DNA of 64,000 bases from Candidatus Moraniibacteriota bacterium (GTDB taxonomy: Bacteria; Patescibacteriota; Minisyncoccia; Moranbacterales; UBA2206), in assembly GCA_030645735.1 (NCBI GenBank), contig JAUSNP010000006.1:132095-196094 (forward strand), written 5' to 3'. The notes beneath the pieces are model-generated. The model saw only the letters and a list, made by a program, of their open reading frames with translations. It did no database searches and had not been told where the DNA came from. This document shows positions 37,546-45,812 of this stretch, piece after piece (within the stretch, counting starts at the first letter, position 1; the number at the start of each line of letters is the position of its first letter). Position numbers and translations under genes: made by a program.

Positions 37546-39411
37546 ATGCTACAAACAATCGGCAATCAAATATTATTTTATCTCACATTAGTTTTTGTGT
37601 TATTTATTCCGGGCTACTCTTTGCTTTTGACGATTTTTGGTCGCAGCAAAACATTGAGCGTTTTGGAAAAATTCATAATTTCCTTTGGCCTGAGCATCAT
37701 CAGCGTGGATTTTATTTTTTTCGCCTTTTCCAAAGCCGATATTGCCATCACTCGCCTCTCATCTATCATCGGCATTGCAGCTTTCATTCTGATTTGTCTA
37801 GCTATTTTCAAATTTAGAAAATTCTCCGATTCAGTCGAAGACAATAAATTATTTTCTTTTTCCAAAAATCAATTCATTCTCATTCTGCTTTTGATTTTTT
37901 TGAGCATTTTTATTAAAACTGCCTATTTGACTGACACCGTTTTTCCGACCGCCACTGACATGGGACATCATATGTATTGGGCCAAATGGATGGTGGAAAA
38001 TCATCAGTTGCCAACCTATGACGGTATGCCAGATTTCATCATCGGTGAACACATCATTTTTGCCACCGTTGCCACCTTGAGTGGTGCCAACTTCTTCTCA
38101 GCTTTCCCAATTGTGATTCTGTTTTTAGTAAATTTGCTCAGTATCTTGATGGTTTTCATTTTGACTTTGCGCATTTTCAAAGAAAAAAATGTAGCTATCT
38201 TGTCATTGCTATTCTTGGGAGTCCTGTATGCTGTGAGCTCACCCCAAGCCAAATTTGTCAGTGGTGGCGTAGTTGGCAATATTCTTGGCAATCTACTTTT
38301 GCCAATGTCGCTCTATTTTTATTATCGCGCTTTCAGTTTTTTTGAAGCTGATGAAAAAGTTTCCAGTGAATCAAAAACATTTTTGGCCTTGGCCTTTTTC
38401 TCAACTTTCGGATTGCTCTACACGCACCATTTGACGGCTTTTATATTCCTATTTATTTTTGCTTTAATCGTTGCAATTTTCTTAATTTTAAATTTTAAGA
38501 ATTTAAAAAATATTTTTGCCTCACTATTCAAAATTGTTTTTTCTCCGCAGGTCCTAGCCACATTGGCCATCTGTTTTATTTTTTTCTTTTGGGTTTTCAC
38601 GCCCAACTACATAAAAGGTGGCGCCGTGGACACCGCTGTGGGTGCGCCCAGCAAAGAAACTCGCGCTGGCCTCACCATTGCCAACTTGCGTTCTTCCATT
38701 GGCGAAGCGCGCATCGCCTTGGGCTTCCTAGGACTTCTAGTTTTAGCCATCGGATTTAAGCGTAAAAATTTTGGCTACACTATTATCGCCGCTTGGGCCA
38801 TTATGATTTTCATCATGTCCACCCAACCAAATCTCCTTTTAGTGAATCTACCCAGCAGTCGCATCGGCAACTATCTCTCCTATCCTTTCGCCATCCTCAG
38901 TGCCTACACATTTTATTTTGTTTTCAAAAACAAAACCAATCAATTTTTGAAAGTTAGTTTCATTGTCATCGCCACTTTTGTTTTGGTAGATGGAATTTCT
39001 GATTCGGCCTATAGCTTCAAAAACAAGGAAGACTTAAGTCCCCTTGCCCAAACATTCAACGCTTCAAATTATCTAGCCACACACACCACAACTGATGATG
39101 AGATTTTGAAAGACCACAACTACATCACCGCTGACTCTTGGATGAAAATCATCTTGATGCGCGGTTACAAATATCCACAATCCCGTGGCTACTTCAAGCG
39201 TTATGATGACCAAACCAAGCCACGCGAAATGTGCACCCTCAATATGATTTCCACACCCGACAGCCCAGAAGCCAAGACTTGTTTTGCTGACACCAACACC
39301 AATTTCATCGCCATCAATCCGAACTTTGATAGCGCGCAATTTTTGAAATTGAAAAATTTTGATCAAGTCTATTCCAGCACTGGCATAAATATTTATTACA
39401 AAAATAACTAA
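37546..39411 (+). CDS. multi-pass membrane protein, GT-C-like
   Basis: More than 10 TM helices; FIPGY N-terminal motif, DMGHH loop, HHLT; glycan-locus context. Confidence 0.7.
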   Translation: MLQTIGNQILFYLTLVFVLFIPGYSLLLTIFGRSKTLSVLEKFIISFGLSIISVDFIFFAFSKADIAITRLSSIIGIAAFILICLAIFKFRKFSDSVEDNKLFSFSKNQFILILLLIFLSIFIKTAYLTDTVFPTATDMGHHMYWAKWMVENHQLPTYDGMPDFIIGEHIIFATVATLSGANFFSAFPIVILFLVNLLSILMVFILTLRIFKEKNVAILSLLFLGVLYAVSSPQAKFVSGGVVGNILGNLLLPMSLYFYYRAFSFFEADEKVSSESKTFLALAFFSTFGLLYTHHLTAFIFLFIFALIVAIFLILNFKNLKNIFASLFKIVFSPQVLATLAICFIFFFWVFTPNYIKGGAVDTAVGAPSKETRAGLTIANLRSSIGEARIALGFLGLLVLAIGFKRKNFGYTIIAAWAIMIFIMSTQPNLLLVNLPSSRIGNYLSYPFAILSAYTFYFVFKNKTNQFLKVSFIVIATFVLVDGISDSAYSFKNKEDLSPLAQTFNASNYLATHTTTDDEILKDHNYITADSWMKIILMRGYKYPQSRGYFKRYDDQTKPREMCTLNMISTPDSPEAKTCFADTNTNFIAINPNFDSAQFLKLKNFDQVYSSTGINIYYKNN

Positions 39412-39412
39412 T

Positions 39413-39766
39413 ATGCGACAACAAACTAAAATCATTTTGTTTTTCATTGTTCTCTTCTTAGCCAGCTCGGTCTATCTTTTTTCCATTGATTCCAGATACA
39501 ATGACCCGACATACAACAAGAATTGGTATGCGCTATCGTTTGTTGAACCAAAATCAGACAGTTTGAATTTCGCTATTGAAAATTTTTCTGCCAACATAAA
39601 TTTCCATTGGGAGCTTTTAGCTGGCAAAGAAAAAGTTGAGACTGGTAATGTTGAAATTCAAACGGGAGAGAAAAAAGAGATTAGCCTGTCCCAAATAGCC
39701 GCTGATCAAAAAATGACCGTGCGTGTTTCTTCTGGAGATGCTACACAAGAAATTTATAAAAACTAA
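39413..39766 (+). CDS. small membrane-anchored hypothetical protein
   Basis: N-terminal TM then beta-rich domain; operonic. Confidence 0.7.
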   Translation: MRQQTKIILFFIVLFLASSVYLFSIDSRYNDPTYNKNWYALSFVEPKSDSLNFAIENFSANINFHWELLAGKEKVETGNVEIQTGEKKEISLSQIAADQKMTVRVSSGDATQEIYKN

Positions 39767-39773
39767 CATAGCC

Positions 39774-39874
39774 TGTCATCCCGGGCTTGACCCGGGATCT
39801 ACTCTGCGTTTCACTGAATTAAATTTAGATTCGCAATTACAGTGAGCAGATTCCGGCTCAAGGCCGGAATGACA
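39774..39874. mobile_element. family-B palindromic mini-element (opposite orientation to 37436)
   Basis: TGTCATCCCGGGCTTGACCCGGGATCT...AGATTCCGGCTCAAGGCCGGAATGACA. Confidence 0.9.
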
Positions 39875-39884
39875 ATTGAAAAAT

Positions 39885-41015
39885 ATGTCCAACCCTAAAA
39901 AAATATTATTAGTCACTCGCCCAATCGCCCCACCTTGGGATGAGGCCTCTAAGAATTTTGCTTTTTATCTCGCCAAAAGTGTAGCTAATTTTGATTTGAA
40001 TCTTTTGACTAATGGCCTGATCGCTGAAATTCCCAATGCTCAACAAAAACCCATTTACACCTCCAATGATTTCAGCTATTTTCAAAAACTGCGCCTCATC
40101 AAACATTTGCGCAAAATGAAAAATGATTTTGACATCTTGCATTATATTTTCACACCCACCAAACAAAATTCTTTTTTATTAAAACATTTTGTGAATGCTG
40201 GCAAAAAGAAAACTACCAAAATCATCCAAACCATAGCAACTTTGCGCGAAGATTTGTATTCTGATTCGGATCTGAAAGATTTGATGTTTGGTGATTTAAT
40301 TATCACCTATTCTGATTATGCCAAAAATAAACTCGCTTCTTTGGGATTTAAAAATGTGCAACGAGTCTATCCAGGAATTGATTTGCAATATTATTCAGCA
40401 AAACCAAAAAATATAGAAATACTTCAACAGCTTGGAATTACACAAGAAGATTTTGTAGTGACCTATCCCGGAGAATATATTCGCTTAGGCGCAACAGATG
40501 ACATCGTGCGAATGATCACAGAAAACGTTGAGGTCTTTAGAGAAAAAAAGATCAAAATATTTTTAGCCTGTCGACTGAAAAATGACAGTGAAGCTATCAA
40601 AAAAAGAGATGCGGTGCTTGAAGAACTAAAAAAACATAACGCGATGGACGTAGCTATTGTCGCTGATACATTTTCTGATATGTCAGCTATTTATAATTTG
40701 TCAGATATTGTTATTTTCCCTGTCCAAAATATGCGTGGCAAGTTTGATGTGCCTTTGGCCGCAGTTGAACCGATGGCCTGTGAAAAGCCCGTGATTGTTT
40801 CAGACCTACCGATTCTCAAGGAGTTTGCCAATGAAACCAATTCTGTCACAATTGAAAAAGGCAATTCACAACAATTGGCTGATGCAATTTTTGATCTCTA
40901 CAACAATCCAGAAAAACGAGCGACTCTCGGCAAAGGCGGACGCAAATTCTGTGAAGAAAATTTCGACATCAAAAAAGTCGCCTCAATCTACGAAAAAATT
41001 TACACCGAACTATAA
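39885..41015 (+). CDS. GT4 glycosyltransferase (divergent)
   Basis: YPGID, SDIVIFP, PLAAVEPMACEKPVIVSD. Confidence 0.88.
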   Translation: MSNPKKILLVTRPIAPPWDEASKNFAFYLAKSVANFDLNLLTNGLIAEIPNAQQKPIYTSNDFSYFQKLRLIKHLRKMKNDFDILHYIFTPTKQNSFLLKHFVNAGKKKTTKIIQTIATLREDLYSDSDLKDLMFGDLIITYSDYAKNKLASLGFKNVQRVYPGIDLQYYSAKPKNIEILQQLGITQEDFVVTYPGEYIRLGATDDIVRMITENVEVFREKKIKIFLACRLKNDSEAIKKRDAVLEELKKHNAMDVAIVADTFSDMSAIYNLSDIVIFPVQNMRGKFDVPLAAVEPMACEKPVIVSDLPILKEFANETNSVTIEKGNSQQLADAIFDLYNNPEKRATLGKGGRKFCEENFDIKKVASIYEKIYTEL

Positions 41016-41055
41016 TTTTTATTTTTAATTCTTAATTCGTCTTATCAGTCCTATT

Positions 41056-42549
41056 ATGACTTATTCAATCAACAACCTCTCCCCTCACAAAAAACAATTT
41101 CAAACTCCTGCCATGCAAGTGCCGGCTATTTTGCATGTCTCTGATGATTTGATGCCCAATGATGCCACTTTGGCCGAAATTGAAGGCGTAGCCTCTGATC
41201 CGCATGCTTTTCATCATGTGGCTGCCATGTCTGACGTGCACAGCAAAAAGGGCCGTAAGAACCCAACTGGCACCGTGATGGCCTCAGAGGCTCATCTTTT
41301 GCCCCAAATCAATGACACCGCCCCCAATTGTGGCATGCGCTTTTTGAAGACCAATCTCACCGACGCAGATTTGACCCCAGAAAACATCGACCGACTTTTT
41401 CAAGAATTGATTGGCGTCATCCCAACCAAGACATACGTTGGCACCAAAGTGCCCTATTCTTTAATCATAGACATCTGTCGCAAAGGCATCGCACCCGTGC
41501 GGGAATTTTTTGGCTCTCGCACCAAAAATGAAATTGAAAACGCTTTTGAAGGTGGCAACTTTTTTTCCGAAATTCCCACTGAAAAAGAAATCCTCAATGC
41601 CATTCCAAAGTTATTTTTGCACATCGGACAATATCGCCTAGGTATCCTCGGCGCTGCCGGCAATCACTTTTTGGATTTGATGAAAATCACCGAAATTGAA
41701 AACCAAGAGATTGCCACAAAATTCGGATTGCAAACCGGACAATATATTTTCTTGTTGCATACCGGCTCAGGACTCCTAGGACAATACGCGTCATACTTAT
41801 ACACTCCAAAAAGGAAAGAGCATTTGAGCCAAAGAATTATTTTGGAAATTGGCAAGTTTTTATTTAAAACTGATTATAAAAAAGAATTCAAAGCGCTGTG
41901 GAAAAAAATTGAAAGTTTCAAGGACAGCAAAGAATATTTTGCCTACGATGACCAAAGTTTGGAAGGCAAACTCTTTTTGACTTCGCACAATGCCGCTGCC
42001 AATCAAGGCTATGCCAATCGTTCAATTTTGAATCATCAGTTGGATTTGGCAATTGAAAAAGTTCTTGGCAAAAATCCAGAGCTGGATATGCTTTATGACA
42101 TGCCCCATGTTTTTGTGCATCGCGAAAAGAATCATTTTGGCAAAGATGTTTGGATTCACCGCAATGGCACCGTGAGGGCTAATGGTCCAGCGCGTATGAA
42201 TCATCCATTGTTCTCCCAAACTGGAGAGCCAGTTTTCATTCCCTCTTCCATGAGCACGCCCGCCTACATTTGCGCCGGTACTGACGCCAATGAATCTAGT
42301 TTTTTCTCAGCCAGCCATGGCACCGGTCGTCGCAAAGATCCTTTGGCAGATGCGACGCACAACAAAGCTGAACTTTTTGACAAACTCAAACAACGTCAAG
42401 TCAAACTTTTCAATGCCAAATCCAAAGGCGTGGTCATGCAAGACAGTTCATACTACAAAGATGTCGAGGAAGTTATCGCTGGCATGGAAGCCAACCAAAT
42501 CGTCAAAGCCGTGGCCAAGATGGAACCAGTGGCGGTTTTAATGTACTAG
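41056..42549 (+). CDS. divergent RtcB-family ligase
   Basis: SDVH, NCGMR, GNHF, HTGS, HRNG, SASHGTGR and YKDVEEV match the RtcB motif order. Confidence 0.85.
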   Translation: MTYSINNLSPHKKQFQTPAMQVPAILHVSDDLMPNDATLAEIEGVASDPHAFHHVAAMSDVHSKKGRKNPTGTVMASEAHLLPQINDTAPNCGMRFLKTNLTDADLTPENIDRLFQELIGVIPTKTYVGTKVPYSLIIDICRKGIAPVREFFGSRTKNEIENAFEGGNFFSEIPTEKEILNAIPKLFLHIGQYRLGILGAAGNHFLDLMKITEIENQEIATKFGLQTGQYIFLLHTGSGLLGQYASYLYTPKRKEHLSQRIILEIGKFLFKTDYKKEFKALWKKIESFKDSKEYFAYDDQSLEGKLFLTSHNAAANQGYANRSILNHQLDLAIEKVLGKNPELDMLYDMPHVFVHREKNHFGKDVWIHRNGTVRANGPARMNHPLFSQTGEPVFIPSSMSTPAYICAGTDANESSFFSASHGTGRRKDPLADATHNKAELFDKLKQRQVKLFNAKSKGVVMQDSSYYKDVEEVIAGMEANQIVKAVAKMEPVAVLMY

Positions 42550-42624
42550 AAGTTTCATAAAAAATTAGAATTGGGCGGGAATGTAGGTTCACACTCCCGC
42601 TTTTTACACAAGATGAATGCATCC

Positions 42625-42819
42625 TTATAGCCCAAACTGCCTTCTAAGGTCGCTACTTGTGTCCGGTTTAAATCTTGGGGCTTTTCTTGTCACAGTCTTG
42701 TGCTGCTCTATGTCTCCGCCATGCAAAATGGTACAGCCTAGACATATTCCACCCGCAGTTATACAAGATTTTGGATGACCACAAAATGCTAAAGCAACTT
42801 TCTTCGCTTTTCGTGCCAT
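42625..42819 (-). CDS. 64-aa Cys-rich orphan
   Basis: GAGGGGG SD; CxxxxxC..CxxC; terminator GCGGGAGTGT/ACATTCCCGC at 42575-42600. Confidence 0.55.
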   Translation of the reverse strand: MARKAKKVALAFCGHPKSCITAGGICLGCTILHGGDIEQHKTVTRKAPRFKPDTSSDLRRQFGL

Positions 42820-42835
42820 AATTCAACCCCCTCAT

Positions 42836-43054
42836 TCAGATTCTTAACTTGGCCGAACTCATGTCACATTGCCCATACATATTGCAGACAGCAATTTCTT
42901 GCCCGCAATTATCGCAGCTAGTCACCCAAAACATAACAGCATGTATGAGTGTAGTGCAGGCTGGGCAATTGAAGTTTTTATTTCCACCGACCTTAATCCT
43001 TATTATTGGTTTCTTAGCATTTTCTTTCTCTTCTTTAACATCCCAAAAGGACAT
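42836..43054 (-). CDS. 72-aa zinc-ribbon-like orphan
   Basis: GGAGG SD at 43061-65; CPAC..CDNC..CxxxxxC. Confidence 0.6.
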   Translation of the reverse strand: MSFWDVKEEKENAKKPIIRIKVGGNKNFNCPACTTLIHAVMFWVTSCDNCGQEIAVCNMYGQCDMSSAKLRI

Positions 43055-43245
43055 GGCGCGCCTCCATATTGAATTGTGATTAGAGCTAGTTTTTTACATT
43101 TACCATCACCCAATTCTAATTTTTCATTTTATTGTAAAAGTTCTTATTATCAAACTAGCCCATTCTTGTAATAAATGCAAGTACTCCAGACTGGCTCCCC
43201 ACCCTATTTTATGCTATGATTTTGATGTAATAAGTTAAATATTTT

Positions 43246-43872
43246 ATGAAAATCATCACTATTTCCGGCGTAGATGGCTCAGGCAAATCGACCCAAATCA
43301 AACTTTTGCAAGCATATTTAGAATCGCAAGGTCAGCGGGTTTTTTATTTCCATGCCATCGAGTTTGGTCTAGCCACAAAACTAGCCAATTTCAAGAAAAA
43401 ATATTGCCTGATTTGCAAAATCAAAGGCCTATGTCAAATCAAGCCCACCGAAGCCAAAAGCGTCATCAAGGCCAATTGGTTGCAAATCCAACTGCGCAAA
43501 ATCTTCCTACGCATCGACATCTGCCGTTTCAAAAAACTCCTCAAAAAATTAGAAAAGGAGAAATTCGACTATCTCCTGAGTGATCGATTCTTTTACGATA
43601 CAGTCATAAATATTCACTATCTTGAAAATTCTGACATTAAAAATTCGGCCTTGATTCGAAATTCGAAATTCGAAATTCAGAATTCTTTTTATATGGACAT
43701 ATCTCCTGAACAAATCATGCAACGTGAAAGAAAGCCCGATCAAGGCCTTGAATATTTGCAAAAAAAGACTGGGTTATTCAAACAAAAAATTACTGATTGG
43801 AATATGCAAATCATTGACGCCTCAGAAAATAAAGAGATAGTTTTTGATAAAATAAAAAAGGGCCTAAGCTAA
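43246..43872 (+). CDS. thymidylate-kinase-like P-loop kinase (atypical)
   Basis: ISGVDGSGKSTQ, LSDRFFYD, MDISPE; lacks the REP motif of canonical Tmk. Confidence 0.8.
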   Translation: MKIITISGVDGSGKSTQIKLLQAYLESQGQRVFYFHAIEFGLATKLANFKKKYCLICKIKGLCQIKPTEAKSVIKANWLQIQLRKIFLRIDICRFKKLLKKLEKEKFDYLLSDRFFYDTVINIHYLENSDIKNSALIRNSKFEIQNSFYMDISPEQIMQRERKPDQGLEYLQKKTGLFKQKITDWNMQIIDASENKEIVFDKIKKGLS

Positions 43873-43912
43873 AAGCGCCTAGGCCCATAAACCCAAATAT
43901 TCACGTTGTGAA

Positions 43913-44074
43913 TTATCTAAAGATTTGGGTTAAATCACCGCCACCAAGTGGATCACTGACGCCTCGCCGGCGAGTGGTCACATCACGAGAAGGTTTTTTT
44001 CGCGATACTCCACAAGGACATTGATAGGTACTGCCTTTGAGTTTCATTTTTTCTCCACAATCTGGACAAGTCAT
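43913..44074 (-). CDS. 53-aa zinc-ribbon microprotein (not in ORF track)
   Basis: MTCPDCGEKMKLKGSTYQCPCGVSRKK...; GCGGAGGC SD; TTGACA-18bp-TATGAT promoter overlapping the flippase ATG. Confidence 0.65.
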   Translation of the reverse strand: MTCPDCGEKMKLKGSTYQCPCGVSRKKPSRDVTTRRRGVSDPLGGGDLTQIFR

Positions 44075-44150
44075 ACTGCCTCCGCTTGAAAAGAGTGAAA
44101 TAAAAAAACAACCAACTACTGCAAATAATCATATCAATAAAATCAAGCTT

Positions 44151-45674
44151 ATGTCAATTAGCATCGCCAAATCAGCCCTCTGGGTCACTGTTTCAGAAAT
44201 CATCTTCAACTTGTCAGGATTTATCATTCACAGCGTTCTGGGGCGCGTTTTGGGTCCGGCAGACTATGGCAGATATGGCCTGATTGTGACTTTGACCACC
44301 ATGGTCATCGTTCTGATTGGCAATGGCATCCCAACTGCTATGGCGAAATACATCAGCGAGATTTTCGAGTCAGATCCACAAATGGTTCTCAAAATAAAAA
44401 AGCAAGCCATCAAATTGCAAATGCTCATCGTCGGATCAATTACGGTAATTTTCTATCTTTCTGCCGGTCTGATTTCCAAGGCTTTGGGCGATCCAAGCTT
44501 GGCGCCACTCTTCCGCTTTTCAACTTTGATTATCCCAGCCTTCGCTGCGGCATCTTTCTATTTTTCCTACTACACTGGCTTGCACAAATTCAACACCCAA
44601 GCTACCCTCAAAACTATTCGCTCTGTGATGCGCATTGGTTTTGTGGTCGGCTTGGCTTTTATTTTCGGTCTCAAGGGTTCCATCTCCGGCTATGTCATTG
44701 CGCCTTTTTCCGTTTTTGCAATTGCTTTTCTGATTGATAAATTCAAAATCTCTCCAGAACTAAAAAAACAATCTGCATTAATTGCATCCACTAAAATTGA
44801 CTTCGATTGGAAAAAATTGGTCAACTATGGCTGGCAAGTAGTGATTTTCTTTTTAGCCTATGAGCTACTCATCAGCATTGATCTATATATGGTCAAAGCG
44901 ATTTTGCGCGATGATGTTTTGACTGGAATCTACAATGCTTCACTCACCGTCGGACGCATCCCCTACTACATTTTCTATGCCATGACGGTTTTTCTATTGC
45001 CAATGATGTCAAAATCCACCGCGCAAAACAATCATGGCGAAACAACTAGAATCCTTGCTCAAGCATTGCGCATAATTTTGATTCTGCTCGTGCCAATGAT
45101 CATCTTGCTTTCCATCTTTGCTTTGCCAACACTACAATTGCTATATGGCCAAAAATACATAGCGGGAGCTGTGCCAATGTCAGTCCTCGTGTTTGGCGTC
45201 GGATTTTTGACACTTTTTTATGTCTTGAGTTTCGCTATGAACGGCGCTGGCAAAACCAAACTTGTGATGTGGATTGCTTCAATCGGACTGGCCATCAACT
45301 CGATTTTGAATTATTTTTTTATCCACAAATATGGCATCCTCGGCTCGGCCATCGCCACTTCCGTCGCTTCATTTGTCATCATGGTCATTATGCTCTACTA
45401 TCTGAAACGTGATTTCGGCGTTGCATACAAGATGAGAAGTGTTCTGCGCGTGGCCCTAGCTGGATTCCATATTTATATTTTCTCCCTAATCCTTCCACTT
45501 AGTCCCAAACTATTTATCCTTGAAACTATTCTTCTTTTGGGTGTTTATTTTGGTTTCCTTTGGATTTTGCGAGAAATCAAAAAGGAGGACCTTGCAATCC
45601 TCCAAAATATTATTCGTCGCAAGAAAGTCATTGAAGTTGAGCAAGAATTATCTGGAACGGAACCAAGCGCGTAA
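44151..45674 (+). CDS. Wzx/MOP-family oligosaccharide flippase
   Basis: GRVLGPADYG, GIYNAS, 12-14 TM; start taken at ATG 44151. Confidence 0.9.
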   Translation: MSISIAKSALWVTVSEIIFNLSGFIIHSVLGRVLGPADYGRYGLIVTLTTMVIVLIGNGIPTAMAKYISEIFESDPQMVLKIKKQAIKLQMLIVGSITVIFYLSAGLISKALGDPSLAPLFRFSTLIIPAFAAASFYFSYYTGLHKFNTQATLKTIRSVMRIGFVVGLAFIFGLKGSISGYVIAPFSVFAIAFLIDKFKISPELKKQSALIASTKIDFDWKKLVNYGWQVVIFFLAYELLISIDLYMVKAILRDDVLTGIYNASLTVGRIPYYIFYAMTVFLLPMMSKSTAQNNHGETTRILAQALRIILILLVPMIILLSIFALPTLQLLYGQKYIAGAVPMSVLVFGVGFLTLFYVLSFAMNGAGKTKLVMWIASIGLAINSILNYFFIHKYGILGSAIATSVASFVIMVIMLYYLKRDFGVAYKMRSVLRVALAGFHIYIFSLILPLSPKLFILETILLLGVYFGFLWILREIKKEDLAILQNIIRRKKVIEVEQELSGTEPSA

Positions 45675-45686
45675 ACTTTTCATAGC

Positions 45687-45787
45687 TGTCATTCCGGCCT
45701 TGAGCCGGAATCTACTTACTGTTATCGCGAATCTAAATTTATCTTAGTGAAAGATAAAGAAGATCCCGGGTCAAGCCCGGGATGACA
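45687..45787. mobile_element. family-B palindromic mini-element
   Basis: Same terminal hairpins as 37436-37535. Confidence 0.9.
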
Positions 45788-45812
45788 AAAGCCTGCGAAG
45801 CCATTCAGTAAT

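Noticed and set aside
42572-42602. tRNA-like fragment containing GGTTC
   Set aside because: A single hairpin without cloverleaf; fits a terminator.
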